IMG/VR virus record: IMGVR_UViG_2700989659_000001
From: an uncultured virus (IMG/VR IMGVR_UViG_2700989659_000001)
Taxonomy: Duplodnaviria > Heunggongvirae > Uroviricota > Caudoviricetes
DNA: 64,000 nt
Direction: 5' to 3' (one strand)
The notes below the pieces were generated by a model, which was not told where the DNA came from, ran no database searches, and worked only from the letters and a program-made list of their open reading frames with translations. Each line of letters begins with the position of its first letter. The stretch's first letter is position 1. Shown here piece after piece: positions 31,101 through 40,740 of this stretch. The translations under genes and the position numbers were made by a program.

Positions 31101-32017
31101 AACGTTCCTGATGCTATATCTGTAGCTGATGCTAAATCAAGGTCACCTGCACTTGCAAGATTTAATAGACCGGGTAATGCACTAATTGTTTCATTGACAC
31201 TAAACCCCGCCTGCCCTAATAATTCTTCGGCTTCGGTTACATGTCTAGCACTCCATGCAGTTGTAGAACCAAACTTTTTAGCTGCAGTATCTAACTGCTC
31301 CATTTGTGAATTACTTGCGTTAGTTACTGCCTTGACATTAGATAATCCCTTTTCATATTCTGAGTAAGTTTTTATCGATGTGCCAAGGCCCATTCCCCCT
31401 GCGGCAATTACTCCTGCAGTTCCAATAGCTATTACTTTTTTAGCTCCTGTCTTAATCCATCCATTGATCTTATTTTCTATTTTATTAATGGTACTGGTTG
31501 CTTTATCATCTGCTTCTATCTTTACTTTCACTTTCTTTTTATTCAGTTTTTCCGCACTTGATTCAGTTGCTTTAATCGACTTCTCAGCATTTCCTTCTGC
31601 ATTTACTTTAGCTTTTACTTCTTTTCTATTCAGCTTTTCTGCACTAGTTTCAGTCGCCTTAATTACCTTTTCAGCATTCCCCTCTGCATTTACTTTAGTC
31701 TTTACATCTTTATCATTTAATTTCTCTGCCTTGGATGATACTTTTTTAATGACATCACTTGCACTATCTTCCGCCTCTATCTTAGTTTTAGCAGTAGTTC
31801 TATTGAGTTTCTCTGCTTTGGACTGTATCTTGTCAATAGTTGATGATGCCTTGTCATTAAGTTTTGCACTTGGACTAGCATTCAGTTTATCTAAAGCCTT
31901 TGTTTTCTTCTCTATTTGCTGAGTCATTTTTTCAACTGCAGTAAGCTTACTTTTTGATTCCGAATCTCCTGAAACTCCAATTTTTATATCAAGCCTGTAT
32001 ACTTCTTTCTTAGCCAG
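28199..32017 (-). CDS. Tail tape measure protein (TP901-type core), probable CTG start
   Basis: TMP core motifs; AGGAGG precedes in-frame CTG at 32017. Confidence 0.88.
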   Translation of the reverse strand: MAKKEVYRLDIKIGVSGDSESKSKLTAVEKMTQQIEKKTKALDKLNASPSAKLNDKASSTIDKIQSKAEKLNRTTAKTKIEAEDSASDVIKKVSSKAEKLNDKDVKTKVNAEGNAEKVIKATETSAEKLNRKEVKAKVNAEGNAEKSIKATESSAEKLNKKKVKVKIEADDKATSTINKIENKINGWIKTGAKKVIAIGTAGVIAAGGMGLGTSIKTYSEYEKGLSNVKAVTNASNSQMEQLDTAAKKFGSTTAWSARHVTEAEELLGQAGFSVNETISALPGLLNLASAGDLDLASATDIASGTLRAFNINASQSGHVADVLALSASATNSDVSDLGETMKYVAPVSQALGISLEDTAAASGLLSNANIKGSQAGTVLRQTMARLASPTKEALGLMKKYGINAFDSAGNMKPLSGVVDNLNGSLGKLTSQQRADVISTIFGTESMSGVLALMNQGGKSLSELSQQLKDANGAAQKMADTKLDNLYGQWIKLKAAVEHMQITLGEKLAPYAKQFVTWLTGKMPAITDKIVEMVDYASKHTEEIKALAETIIGLGVAFTTLSVIGTIKDGFSGISSLVGIFKGAKVSTEVAGAAGEISKLGLMGRLLPAIFTPAGLAIAASVALVGTAVVAENNLMKKSVTTTTEELGPMEKVMNALNGHINMSKKEMIAAGLIYDRFGEGISDSFKKGAQDASKSLLKIEMDINSLVLDDKFTEGDNNKFKAWVNDYVYDGVNAIRQKQSDITSEFQKTFSLDGTVSDSEKGVMSYLGSYFEEGVNKELEIRDEIYKIGDQAIQDHGEILDADMKRVKLKLAELQSVKLEYANAENAGEQAYAKSKFLSKTERITGIDSAAELIKERAKEHQDSIDETKAKYDKTITTSQYHLDNDKNLSDADKTNFQKAIDENKTARDEALKQAEDAWESDLKTLYNAYPKARGMINEDTGAKLNDGEMKSQNKMDKIIKSHSGLSDITKSGVYALRNDTTKDLETLYVSVDETTGKIRGVLNGANGDIGAHSDEQKEKLLSLQNEYSNTGSVVQQLANDHAMLNTNTDQVINSTGTLIGELQNVQTAEDGTVTGILDLNGTPVQITSNANGVITRLDQVTSSVNSIPNSKTITIDTVISGVATSLGQGLGSGAVNSVVNAASEVIKNIPQHYNGTDNASSGINSVGERGMELVLGRRLYNFKGGEKVLNNSQTVNLFKNRNKQDNEPFQIKQGQYKLAQPQQVQVVGGNGNSIQVDVQVNGGNQDVEKLIVEVTCEVGRKLKEALKNIKK

Positions 32018-32019
32018 AA

Positions 32020-32202
32020 TTATCGCCTCCTAGCTTTCGAGTTAGGTTTTTTATTAGTCTGTTCTACCTCATACGAAGAAAAAGCTAAGATTAATCTCTT
32101 AGCCATATCATTTCTTTCTACTCCATAAAACTCGTCAGGACAGATATTATGCATTGAGAACAAATTATACAATGCAGTTATATCTCCGCCCCAACTTATT
32201 AG
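32020..32202 (-). CDS. Tail chaperone -1 frameshift extension (gpGT-like)
   Basis: Open -1 frame after A AAA AAC slippery site (32202-32208). Confidence 0.75.
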   Translation of the reverse strand, partial: LISWGGDITALYNLFSMHNICPDEFYGVERNDMAKRLILAFSSYEVEQTNKKPNSKARRR

Positions 32203-32630
32203 TTTTTTATATCTTCTTTTTCCTCTAGCTCATCATTAAAGCCGCTTAATTCAAGTACTTTATTTGCTAAGAATGATATTTCACCTGCTAAAAGTTTTTT
32301 TCTTATATATGCCTTACCATCACTAAGCTTAAGTGCTTCTATTAACTTTGGATTATCCCAATTAAAGTTAGTTGTAGCTCCTATAATAAGTGCTGCATCA
32401 AAATCAGCATCATTTAGTTTAGTTTCAGTTTTCCCTCTTAATTTTCTTCTAGTTGTGCATTCTTCTTTTATTCCACTAATTTCTTTTTCAGTTAAGCCTT
32501 TAAGTTGTAGCTCTATTCCTAACCTTGGCATTTGTATAGTAGCTGTAGGAACATCATGTGTCTCAAGTAGTTTTGCTAATATATCCTCTTCTTTCATTGC
32601 TAATACTTCGTCTTTTTCATTTTTCTTCAT
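32199..32630 (-). CDS. Tail assembly chaperone (XkdN-like)
   Basis: LLAGE...VLELSGF; between tube and TMP. Confidence 0.85.
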   Translation of the reverse strand: MKKNEKDEVLAMKEEDILAKLLETHDVPTATIQMPRLGIELQLKGLTEKEISGIKEECTTRRKLRGKTETKLNDADFDAALIIGATTNFNWDNPKLIEALKLSDGKAYIRKKLLAGEISFLANKVLELSGFNDELEEKEDIKN

Positions 32631-32700
32631 AATAAAATTCCTCCTAAAATTAAATATATAATAATTGCAAGGTACAATGCCCCTTGCTTGGCCTTTTTTC

Positions 32701-33117
32701 TTATTCAGCTTCTATTGGGTCTACAAGTTCGTATCCACTAAATACAAATGGTGTTTCTGTTTCACAGATATCACCAGCTTTAAAGTTAACTAAGCTAACT
32801 TTACTAGCTTTACAATTTTTTAATCTAATTCTTTCAGCCCCATAAGCTTCTGGATCATCTAGCTCTGTAAGTAATTCAAATTTCTTAAAGCCCTGTTTAA
32901 TCATATCTGATGTAACTTTATATCCTTTTATAGTTCCTGAGCCTTTTTTAGCTCCAGCTTTATTATCTTCCCATTCACTTCCGCATGTAATAATTGATTT
33001 CATATCTGTTTCAACATCAGCAGTACACTCACTAACATTGTTATGCCATTTGCCATCAAGATAAATTTTTCCATAAGTTCCTGAGCAAACTCTGCTTGCA
33101 TCTAATACATCACTCAT
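32701..33117 (-). CDS. Tail tube protein (XkdM-like)
   Basis: GTYG, LDDPEAYGAER. Confidence 0.9.
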   Translation of the reverse strand: MSDVLDASRVCSGTYGKIYLDGKWHNNVSECTADVETDMKSIITCGSEWEDNKAGAKKGSGTIKGYKVTSDMIKQGFKKFELLTELDDPEAYGAERIRLKNCKASKVSLVNFKAGDICETETPFVFSGYELVDPIEAE

Positions 33118-33136
33118 TTATATCACCTTACCTTTC

Positions 33137-34579
33137 TTATTTTGTAACATTTCCAGTACCATAAACTCTTTTAATAACATCAAGATAAGTAGCATCCCAT
33201 TTCCAGAAAAGTTCATCTGATTTAGCAGTTGCTTGTAATTCTGTATCAATTTCAACTGTAAAATCATCTTTAATTACACCAGCTGCAACTAATGTTTCAA
33301 AGTACTGCTTTAAAGCTATAATTATTAATGCTCTGCCAGTATCATCATTGGTAGTCTTACCATTAAAGTCTTTTCTTTTAAGTGATGTATCACCATCTAC
33401 CGCATTCATAAACTTTATTGCTCTTATACTTCCAAATACCTCTGTCTTATCATCTGTATAATTCTTAAAGGTATTAACATCATCAACTACAATAACATCA
33501 TCAGCATCTTTAGATAATACTAATGTTCCTGCTGATAATGCAGCTGCAGTATCTGTTTTATTCAATCTAGGTTGTATATCATCAAAGATAGTAACCGCAT
33601 TACATATACTATCTTTTAATCCTGCTGCTGTTGCTAACGCTGCTATATACACTGCTACCTCTGCACTCGTATATGTATTTCCATCATAAGTAGCACTTGT
33701 AGCAAATACATTAACTATATCTTCATGATTAAACTCTTTTGACCTGCTATTAGCCTGTTCTAATGAATAATTGCTTTGTGGTCCACCTACAAAAGCAATT
33801 ATATTTGTTCCTTCTTCTTTATTTTTAATTACCCAAGCCTTTACACTTGCTTGAAGTGATTGATCTGAAACTCCATCTAATGTGAATCCATCCATGCCAT
33901 ATCCTTCAAATGCGCTCATTGCATCTAAATAATGTTCGTTTGTTATTCCGGCTGTACCATCATTTCCACCTGTTAAAGCTTGATTTGCTACATTACCTAT
34001 TGTTCCCGTAGCTCCTGAAACTTTAGTTGCAACGAGGTATTCATTTTCTATATTTGAATTAATAGCAGCCATTATTTCATCTATAGCTCCACTTATAGCA
34101 CTCATAGAAAATAATTGAGTTGCTCCCTCATATAATATAAAGTCTACCTTAGATGAATCAGCTATATTGCTTCTAATCGTAACATTAAACTTTCTTGTAG
34201 TTGGATACTTACTCTCAAGTTTAATTGCATCTGCAGGTGTTGATGCATTATTCTTAAGTGTTAAAGTAGCAGTCTTTTGTGATCCATCTACAAGCCTATA
34301 AAATAAAACTGCTTTAGGTTGGCCAAGTAAAGCTAATTTTCCTAATCTATATGCAGTATAATCAGGATCTTCTCCAAATGTTTTCTTTAATGTGTTTTCT
34401 GACGTTGATGTTACAGTTATAGCTGTAACAGTATTAACAGGCCCCCAATTAGCTTTAACCGGCATAGCTAAAACACCATGGATGCCTGTACCAATTCTTT
34501 CTTGTGCCTTATTCTTAAATCTGTTATACCACCCTGGTATCGTTGGTTTGTTTTTTTCATCCCAGTTACCTGTTGCCAT
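33137..34579 (-). CDS. Tail sheath protein (XkdK-like)
   Basis: PGWY, ANWGP, LTGGNDG, DVNT. Confidence 0.92.
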   Translation of the reverse strand: MATGNWDEKNKPTIPGWYNRFKNKAQERIGTGIHGVLAMPVKANWGPVNTVTAITVTSTSENTLKKTFGEDPDYTAYRLGKLALLGQPKAVLFYRLVDGSQKTATLTLKNNASTPADAIKLESKYPTTRKFNVTIRSNIADSSKVDFILYEGATQLFSMSAISGAIDEIMAAINSNIENEYLVATKVSGATGTIGNVANQALTGGNDGTAGITNEHYLDAMSAFEGYGMDGFTLDGVSDQSLQASVKAWVIKNKEEGTNIIAFVGGPQSNYSLEQANSRSKEFNHEDIVNVFATSATYDGNTYTSAEVAVYIAALATAAGLKDSICNAVTIFDDIQPRLNKTDTAAALSAGTLVLSKDADDVIVVDDVNTFKNYTDDKTEVFGSIRAIKFMNAVDGDTSLKRKDFNGKTTNDDTGRALIIIALKQYFETLVAAGVIKDDFTVEIDTELQATAKSDELFWKWDATYLDVIKRVYGTGNVTK

Positions 34580-34911
34580 TATTCAACCTTCTTTCCTAAA
34601 AACTCTTTAACAATTGTTTCAAATTCTGTTTTTGTAAGCTTAGATTTTTCATAACTAAATAAAGCACCTGCAACTACTTCTTTCTTGTAGCCAAGTGCTT
34701 CGCTATTATCTACAAACTCTTGTATTGAGTATGTTGGTTCATTATTTACTGTCGTTTGACTCGCCACTACGGTTTCCTCCTTAGTATCAGACTCTTCTTT
34801 AGATTGATTTTGTTCATTATCTGCTGCAGCATTATATGGCTCTGAATTTATATTATTATTTTCATCAGAAATTTCTGAAACATTCGCTTCGATATCCTCC
34901 ACAAATATCAC
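34579..34911 (-). CDS. Small acidic neck/tail protein
   Basis: Position before sheath; VAGAL..EFLGKKV. Confidence 0.6.
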   Translation of the reverse strand: MIFVEDIEANVSEISDENNNINSEPYNAAADNEQNQSKEESDTKEETVVASQTTVNNEPTYSIQEFVDNSEALGYKKEVVAGALFSYEKSKLTKTEFETIVKEFLGKKVE

Positions 34912-35738
34912 TCCTTATTTAAATTGCCTCTACTATTAATCTTATTTATAGTAGGACTTTCATTAATTTGTATCATTCTTCTTCTAAAAAATTTCGCTGT
35001 TAATTGTCCCTTAGATAACATATCAGCTTCTCTATCTTCATCTATGCTTTCTAATGTCAGATATCTTCTATCAGCTAAATCTAAAGGTATTTTCAAATCA
35101 GAAACAAGTCTATTTTCTATGTCCTCTAATAATTTATTAATTTCATTTTTATTATTACTAGCGATATGACATATAAGTGTTTTGCTTTCTTTTATTACAG
35201 CATTAGTTTCTCTTTCTTTACCAGAGCCCTTAACTCTCCAAAGAATTGAAGGCACTTCAAAATTCTTTTTCCAGTTATTTAAATACACTGTATAATCTAT
35301 AATCTTCTTAGTATACTCACTTAAAGCATCAAGCCACGAATCAGTATTAACTTCATCTTCCTCATGCAGCGCTATAACAGTAAATTTTAATCCTCTAGCT
35401 ATAGCGTTCCATTCTTCATCTATAATATCTTGTCCTATTGCTTCTTCAAACTTACATGTGAAAGTTTCATTTGCTTCTACATCAGATATCACTTGCATAT
35501 GCAGCGCTTTAATGACCTTTTCAGATAATGCATCTAGATTCTTAAACGTAGTTTTCTTTTCATATAGCCATATTTCTATAGTTCTTTTAAATCCAATAAC
35601 TTCTCCATTGTCATTATCTGAACCTTGAAGTATTACTGCATAAGGTTTTAATGTATCCATGTTTGGTACTGTAGGCTCATAACAATCTTTAAGATCTGTA
35701 ACTAAATCTATTAGATGCTGTCTAATTCCTGCTCTCAT
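34908..35738 (-). CDS. Tail terminator/completion protein
   Basis: Position in neck cluster. Confidence 0.6.
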   Translation of the reverse strand: MRAGIRQHLIDLVTDLKDCYEPTVPNMDTLKPYAVILQGSDNDNGEVIGFKRTIEIWLYEKKTTFKNLDALSEKVIKALHMQVISDVEANETFTCKFEEAIGQDIIDEEWNAIARGLKFTVIALHEEDEVNTDSWLDALSEYTKKIIDYTVYLNNWKKNFEVPSILWRVKGSGKERETNAVIKESKTLICHIASNNKNEINKLLEDIENRLVSDLKIPLDLADRRYLTLESIDEDREADMLSKGQLTAKFFRRRMIQINESPTINKINSRGNLNKE

Positions 35739-35745
35739 TTAATAT

Positions 35746-36150
35746 TTAATCACTCCAATAATCTATAATAGTATTTTTTATTCTTTCTTTATTAGCTAGC
35801 ATTGTATTTTCTATAGTATGGAATCCCTTAGTACCTGGGTGCTTGACCTCTTTCACGGGATGTGCTGCACCTTTCCAGTACAAAGCTTTTTTATTTTTGG
35901 GTCTTATAATATGTGGTTTAGTTCCTTCTTCAAGATATTCTCCATATTGAACTCCATGTGAAACATATATAGTATACTCATTATTAGATGCCTCTACATT
36001 ACTATGAATAGCCTGCCTTGCATGAGCTGTTCTATCTTTCCATTTTGCATTTGTTTTTACTTCTGTTTCTAAAGTATTAGCCCAGTTATCACAAAGAGCA
36101 TACATCCCAGCTGCTTTTCTTTGAATATAATCCATAGCTTTAAAACCCAT
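35746..36150 (-). CDS. HK97 gp10-like neck protein
   Basis: W.DRT..AR, YG.YLE.GT, HPGT. Confidence 0.8.
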   Translation of the reverse strand: MGFKAMDYIQRKAAGMYALCDNWANTLETEVKTNAKWKDRTAHARQAIHSNVEASNNEYTIYVSHGVQYGEYLEEGTKPHIIRPKNKKALYWKGAAHPVKEVKHPGTKGFHTIENTMLANKERIKNTIIDYWSD

Positions 36151-36163
36151 ATAAAAAACCTCC

Positions 36164-36541
36164 TCAGCTTATTTTTTCCAAATCTACTTGATAACCACAT
36201 AATTCACCTTTAATTGCCTGTGGATACACTGCTATCATTTTCATATGACCATATATACTATCGAATTCAATAGCATTTTGCGGATCAACTTCTAGATTAG
36301 CTTCACAATCTGCCAACATGCCATAACTTTTAGATTTATAAGCTGTTCCTATAGTACCTGAGGATATCTCTATATTACTTTTCCGTTGTTGATATATTCT
36401 AACTGTGAGATCATATTCTTTTTCTTCTTCGTCGAAATACCCATCCTTTAAAACTTTAACTACCTGCTTAATTTTGATATCAGTAGGATTAAGACTAATA
36501 CTTTTTAAAATATCAGCCTTTCTTCTTTCAGCAGTAATTAT
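36164..36541 (-). CDS. Head-closure-like protein, 125 aa, with ATA start
   Basis: GAGGT RBS then ATA ATT ACT GCT...; open frame fills the operon gap; absent from ORF track. Confidence 0.7.
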   Translation of the reverse strand: MITAERRKADILKSISLNPTDIKIKQVVKVLKDGYFDEEEKEYDLTVRIYQQRKSNIEISSGTIGTAYKSKSYGMLADCEANLEVDPQNAIEFDSIYGHMKMIAVYPQAIKGELCGYQVDLEKIS

Positions 36542-36870
36542 ATATTTACCTCAGTATCAAGCCCTAATATAATGCTTCCACATTGATTTACACACATAGA
36601 CTTATATCTATCTGCATTTTTATATGCAACTGTTACTAAGTCTTTTATATTAGCACTTGTATAGCTTTCTTCACCTGTTTTATACTCTGTTATTTTTCCT
36701 ACTGAATTTTCATACATGGTAGCTTTCAATATCCAACCTTGACTTGCAGCACAATAAACACAATCCTCTTCAATTAATAGCATATCTATTTCATCATCTG
36801 TAAATGAATTTTTTTCCTTATCATTCAACAACAATCTTAATTTAATTCTTGTAATTTCTGTAGGTGTCAT
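36538..36870 (-). CDS. Head-tail adaptor
   Basis: LRLLL.D...FTDDEI; follows capsid gene. Confidence 0.7.
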   Translation of the reverse strand: MTPTEITRIKLRLLLNDKEKNSFTDDEIDMLLIEEDCVYCAASQGWILKATMYENSVGKITEYKTGEESYTSANIKDLVTVAYKNADRYKSMCVNQCGSIILGLDTEVNI

Positions 36871-36898
36871 ATTACTCCACCACCTTATATAAATAATC

Positions 36899-37936
36899 CT
36901 ACTTAAAAGTTATTTCTTGAACATTTTCATCTATTGCAGCATATACACCTCTATATGCATATCCAACTATTTGCTCTTCAACTAATCTTGAAAGATCTCC
37001 AGCAGCAGCTTCAACCTCAAGTTCTTGTTTTAATAATTCTTTAAATCCTCGTCTAGGTCTTATTAAATAGGCTTTTCCCTGTTCTACTCCTGGATATGAA
37101 TAATCTTTCTTTCCGACAGTTATTTCCCATCCATCATAATATATTATAGAATCTATACCACTAACTGCAGGATAAGTAGTTCCGTTAATTTGATATCCTC
37201 CTTTAAGAGCCATTTCTATGTTGTCCTTATCCATACTTGAAGCTAACAATATTGTTCCTGGCCTTTTTTTAGTTCTGCTATCGCTTAAGGCTTTGTTGAA
37301 TGTTCTATAGTATCTTACCCAAACATCATCCTCTGCACTTCCTTGATAAGTCGTTTTATTATCAACCTTGTAATTATATTTTATAATTGGAGATAAATAC
37401 ATATGGTTAAGTAAAGCATTATATGCTTCTCCCATAGCCTTATTTAAGAGTTCCACTGAAAAACTATCATTAAAGTCTTTCATTTCCTTTGTATATTCGA
37501 ATCCTGCCGTATAAGTCATAATTCTTGCAACTGGACCATGTTCTGCCTGTAAAGAACCAAATTTAACTTCTTGGCCTTCCATATGCTCCGAAAATACAAC
37601 TGTTCCATATAGTGCCCACTTAGCATCAATAACCTTAGGCATATTAGGATCGGATAGTAACTCATATATAGGTTTATAAAGTAAAGGAACTTGTTCTCTC
37701 CCAAGCTCTACATCAAGAACTACCTTTCTTAATAAATCTTTATATTGAGCTAAACTTCCACTTCTGAGCATTTCTCCTATAGGCCTAGTAAGCTCAAATG
37801 TTTCCATTTCTCCATTAACTATTTTCTTATCAACTTCAAATTCTTGTCCATTTAATATAAATGGAACTTTAGTTTCAACGGTTTGATTTCTTCTTGAATT
37901 TTTTAAAGTTTCTACGCTGTAAATCTGTACTGACAT
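36899..37936 (-). CDS. Major capsid protein
   Basis: Size and position after scaffold and decoration genes. Confidence 0.75.
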   Translation of the reverse strand: MSVQIYSVETLKNSRRNQTVETKVPFILNGQEFEVDKKIVNGEMETFELTRPIGEMLRSGSLAQYKDLLRKVVLDVELGREQVPLLYKPIYELLSDPNMPKVIDAKWALYGTVVFSEHMEGQEVKFGSLQAEHGPVARIMTYTAGFEYTKEMKDFNDSFSVELLNKAMGEAYNALLNHMYLSPIIKYNYKVDNKTTYQGSAEDDVWVRYYRTFNKALSDSRTKKRPGTILLASSMDKDNIEMALKGGYQINGTTYPAVSGIDSIIYYDGWEITVGKKDYSYPGVEQGKAYLIRPRRGFKELLKQELEVEAAAGDLSRLVEEQIVGYAYRGVYAAIDENVQEITFK

Positions 37937-37962
37937 ATTTTATAATCACTCCTTCAAATTTT

Positions 37963-38340
37963 CTAGACTTGTGGTCCTAGTATGAACCAAATTACATTAT
38001 TAGAATCTTTAGCTACTGTAACTCTTCCAACTTTTCTATTTGTCCCTTCTGTTTCTGTTAAAGCTTTAAGATTAGCATCATAATAAATAATTGTTCCTGA
38101 TGCAAAAGCTTCTTCAGTATTTATTTGATCAGTTTCATATTCAGCCTGCTCAATGCTTAAAATTACCTCTTCTCCAACTTCTGCTGACTGAACTGCCATC
38201 CCAAAAAATCCGCCTATTGAATAAAACTTGCCTTCTTCTACTCCTTCAGACGTTGTAACTCTTACTGATTTACCATCACTTATTTTGCAACCTGCAATAG
38301 TTTCTAACGTTGTTGGTACTGGTTGTCCTTTATATGCCAT
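37963..38340 (-). CDS. Head decoration/cement protein (DUF2190-like)
   Basis: FFGMAV, F..G..IYYD, KVG. Confidence 0.7.
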   Translation of the reverse strand: MAYKGQPVPTTLETIAGCKISDGKSVRVTTSEGVEEGKFYSIGGFFGMAVQSAEVGEEVILSIEQAEYETDQINTEEAFASGTIIYYDANLKALTETEGTNRKVGRVTVAKDSNNVIWFILGPQV

Positions 38341-38358
38341 TATTAATTCCTCCTTCTA

Positions 38359-39774
38359 TTAAATACTTGCTCTTTTTACTTTTAATGTTGATTTTGTGTT
38401 ATCTCCATCCCTTGGAGTTGCAATTCCTGCTGGTATATCAACATGATTGCCAGAAATTAAATTTTTTACAAAATCATCTGCCAATATAGTATCAATCTCT
38501 CCGGCTATAATTTCCTTAGTAGCGCCTTCTTTCACTTTAAGCATTTTCTTAACTAAACCTTGAGCTATTTCTCCGACTACTTTTTCATTAATTACCTCAT
38601 CAATTGTTTTATCAAAATCATTTTTCCTGCTATTCTCTATAGCTTCACCTGCTTTTTTAGCAACTTCTACTATGTCCATTTCACCATTAACATTTAAAAC
38701 CTCTTTTACCTTTTTTAAAGTGTCTTGTGCTTCAACTGCTATTTTAATATCTTCCATTTCTCCAGCTATTTTATCTGTTGTAAGCCCCATCTCTCCTAAT
38801 ACTTGTGAATATGTTACCTCTCCTGTTTGAAGTAATCCTTTAAGTTTTTTCATTATCTCTGCAAAATTCATATCTTCATTCCCTCCTTGATTCATTTCTC
38901 CTGTAGTTACAGGTTCGTATATTCTTCTTTCTGTAACTTCTGTCTTATCTCCTAAAGTAACTTGGTTGTTATCTATAGTAAATGGAATACTATATAACTT
39001 AGTAGGCAAGTTCTGTTGTTCGTGCTCAACTATAGCCGTACTATCATCATATTTAACACCTCTAATCCAGACATAACTTCCATTACCATTAGCGTTAAAA
39101 TGAGCTTTGGCTGCTTCTCTTAAATCTTCCTTAAGCTTTTCAAATGTACCATCTAATTGTTCACCTTCTGCATGCTCATCAAAATCCTCCATTTCCATAG
39201 CTACAATCTTGGTGGGCATTCCTGGCCTATGTAGCGGCGTCCAATCTATAGACAACGGATTATATCCTACTACATCCATTTCACCCTTTGCTCCCTTTTT
39301 AAGTTTAGGATATCCAAATATGCTTACCTCTTTTATCCTACCTGTTCGTATCCACCTTTTTAGATTTGTTGCATCTGCATCTACTAAACCTCTAAAATAA
39401 GCTTTATTATCTTTCATTTCAGCTCCTATCCAGTGTGTAGCTGGTGGAACAAATTCTGTGCTTATATTTTCTGCTTTTTGATGCCCTAAAAATCCATTAA
39501 GAGTATTTGAATTAGTGTAATTAACAATATCTTGTAAACTTTTAGCAGTATAATTCCACCCTCTTTTACTTTTAGTTGCTGGTATTTCAACAACCACTTC
39601 CAAAGGGTCCTTATCCATTGCTTTCATCGTATCTAAATCTACTCCTTGAGCTAGTGGAATATCTGCTGGCTTTATTGAAGATATGACAGCATTTACAGAA
39701 TCCATTTCTCCATAAGTTTCTGACATTTCGCCAACTGCCTTTTTTATATACATTTTTACTTCACCACCTTTCAA
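38359..39774 (-). CDS. Prohead protease/scaffold fusion
   Basis: GFLGH, EVSI, SIDW..PG; helical C-terminus. Confidence 0.65.
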   Translation of the reverse strand: MKGGEVKMYIKKAVGEMSETYGEMDSVNAVISSIKPADIPLAQGVDLDTMKAMDKDPLEVVVEIPATKSKRGWNYTAKSLQDIVNYTNSNTLNGFLGHQKAENISTEFVPPATHWIGAEMKDNKAYFRGLVDADATNLKRWIRTGRIKEVSIFGYPKLKKGAKGEMDVVGYNPLSIDWTPLHRPGMPTKIVAMEMEDFDEHAEGEQLDGTFEKLKEDLREAAKAHFNANGNGSYVWIRGVKYDDSTAIVEHEQQNLPTKLYSIPFTIDNNQVTLGDKTEVTERRIYEPVTTGEMNQGGNEDMNFAEIMKKLKGLLQTGEVTYSQVLGEMGLTTDKIAGEMEDIKIAVEAQDTLKKVKEVLNVNGEMDIVEVAKKAGEAIENSRKNDFDKTIDEVINEKVVGEIAQGLVKKMLKVKEGATKEIIAGEIDTILADDFVKNLISGNHVDIPAGIATPRDGDNTKSTLKVKRASI

Positions 39775-39882
39775 AAATAAAAAGTCTTATTTCCTAGACC
39801 TTAAATTACAATAATTTACTTAATTATTTATATTATGTTAAAATATTATTAGAGCCTGTACTATATTATGAGGTGATAAACT

Positions 39883-40095
39883 ATGGCAAGAAAAAGAATA
39901 ACAGTGACTCAAGAAACAAATACAGGCAGAAATACAAAATTTCATGACAATTACACTGGAACCAATATGACTAGGCCTCAATTTGTTAATCAAATTCAAT
40001 CCGGTAATTATAATAACTATCATGTTCGAAAAATAAATGGAGTTAAGACTCCTGTTTCTAATCCGGATGGAAGTACCAATAACAATTTAGGGTAA
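39883..40095 (+). CDS. DUF3892-like small moron protein
   Basis: GAGGTG RBS; SNPDG...NNL C-terminus. Confidence 0.65.
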   Translation: MARKRITVTQETNTGRNTKFHDNYTGTNMTRPQFVNQIQSGNYNNYHVRKINGVKTPVSNPDGSTNNNLG

Positions 40096-40100
40096 AACTA

Positions 40101-40232
40101 TTATTTTTGTACAGGCTCTATTATCACCTTATAATCATCTTTTTCTACTATTTCCTTATCAGTTATTATTGCAACAACTTCATTATCTTTAGCTATTATT
40201 ATACTTCCAATTTCATTCTCTCCTATTTTCAT
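40101..40232 (-). CDS. Small hypothetical protein
   Basis: GGAGG RBS before ATG near 40232. Confidence 0.55.
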   Translation of the reverse strand: MKIGENEIGSIIIAKDNEVVAIITDKEIVEKDDYKVIIEPVQK

Positions 40233-40338
40233 AATTCTTAATCCTCCATATTTAAATATAAAAATAAGCCTTATAGTAGTTACTAAATACCCACACCTCT
40301 TCACGGCATCTTCATTCACTCTAAATTTATAAGACTTA

Positions 40339-40725
40339 TTAATTATCTTTTCTATTGTTCAGTGCTTCTTTCATTCGTTTCCCAACTTCTTCAATTAATT
40401 CTTCATGTCCAACACCTCCTTTAGTAAATATCTGAGCGTTATCTCTAATAACCTGATGGAATCCTATTGCTAGTCCATCGACAATATCTTCTTCATCAGC
40501 CTTTTCTAAATCTAAGCCTCTTTCTCTAACGATTCCATGTATTAATTCATGTAAGAAAGTTTGTTCTTGTCCTTGCTTATCCTGTATTGAACTATCTATA
40601 TTAATTTTATGATACTCGAAGTCAATCTTACCTTTACATTGATCTGTATTTAGAACTATTGTTTTATCTTCAATAAATATTTCATAATCAACGCTTCCTA
40701 TTCTTACTTTGCTTGGTATTTCCAT
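40339..40725 (-). CDS. HExxH zinc metallopeptidase-like protein
   Basis: TFLHELIHG...EEDIV. Confidence 0.7.
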   Translation of the reverse strand: MEIPSKVRIGSVDYEIFIEDKTIVLNTDQCKGKIDFEYHKINIDSSIQDKQGQEQTFLHELIHGIVRERGLDLEKADEEDIVDGLAIGFHQVIRDNAQIFTKGGVGHEELIEEVGKRMKEALNNRKDN

Positions 40726-40740
40726 GAATATTCCCTCCTC

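Noticed and set aside
31490..31900. ~87-bp tandem repeats
   Set aside because: Coding repeats in the tape measure N-terminus, not an array
31380..31922. 180-aa plus-strand ORF and similar antisense ORFs (e.g. 359-658, 43516-43851, 51667-52083)
   Set aside because: Antisense shadows of real genes, without credible RBS
22828..34579. Stand-alone tailocin (PBSX/diffocin-like)
   Set aside because: Terminase, portal, capsid and replication genes are present
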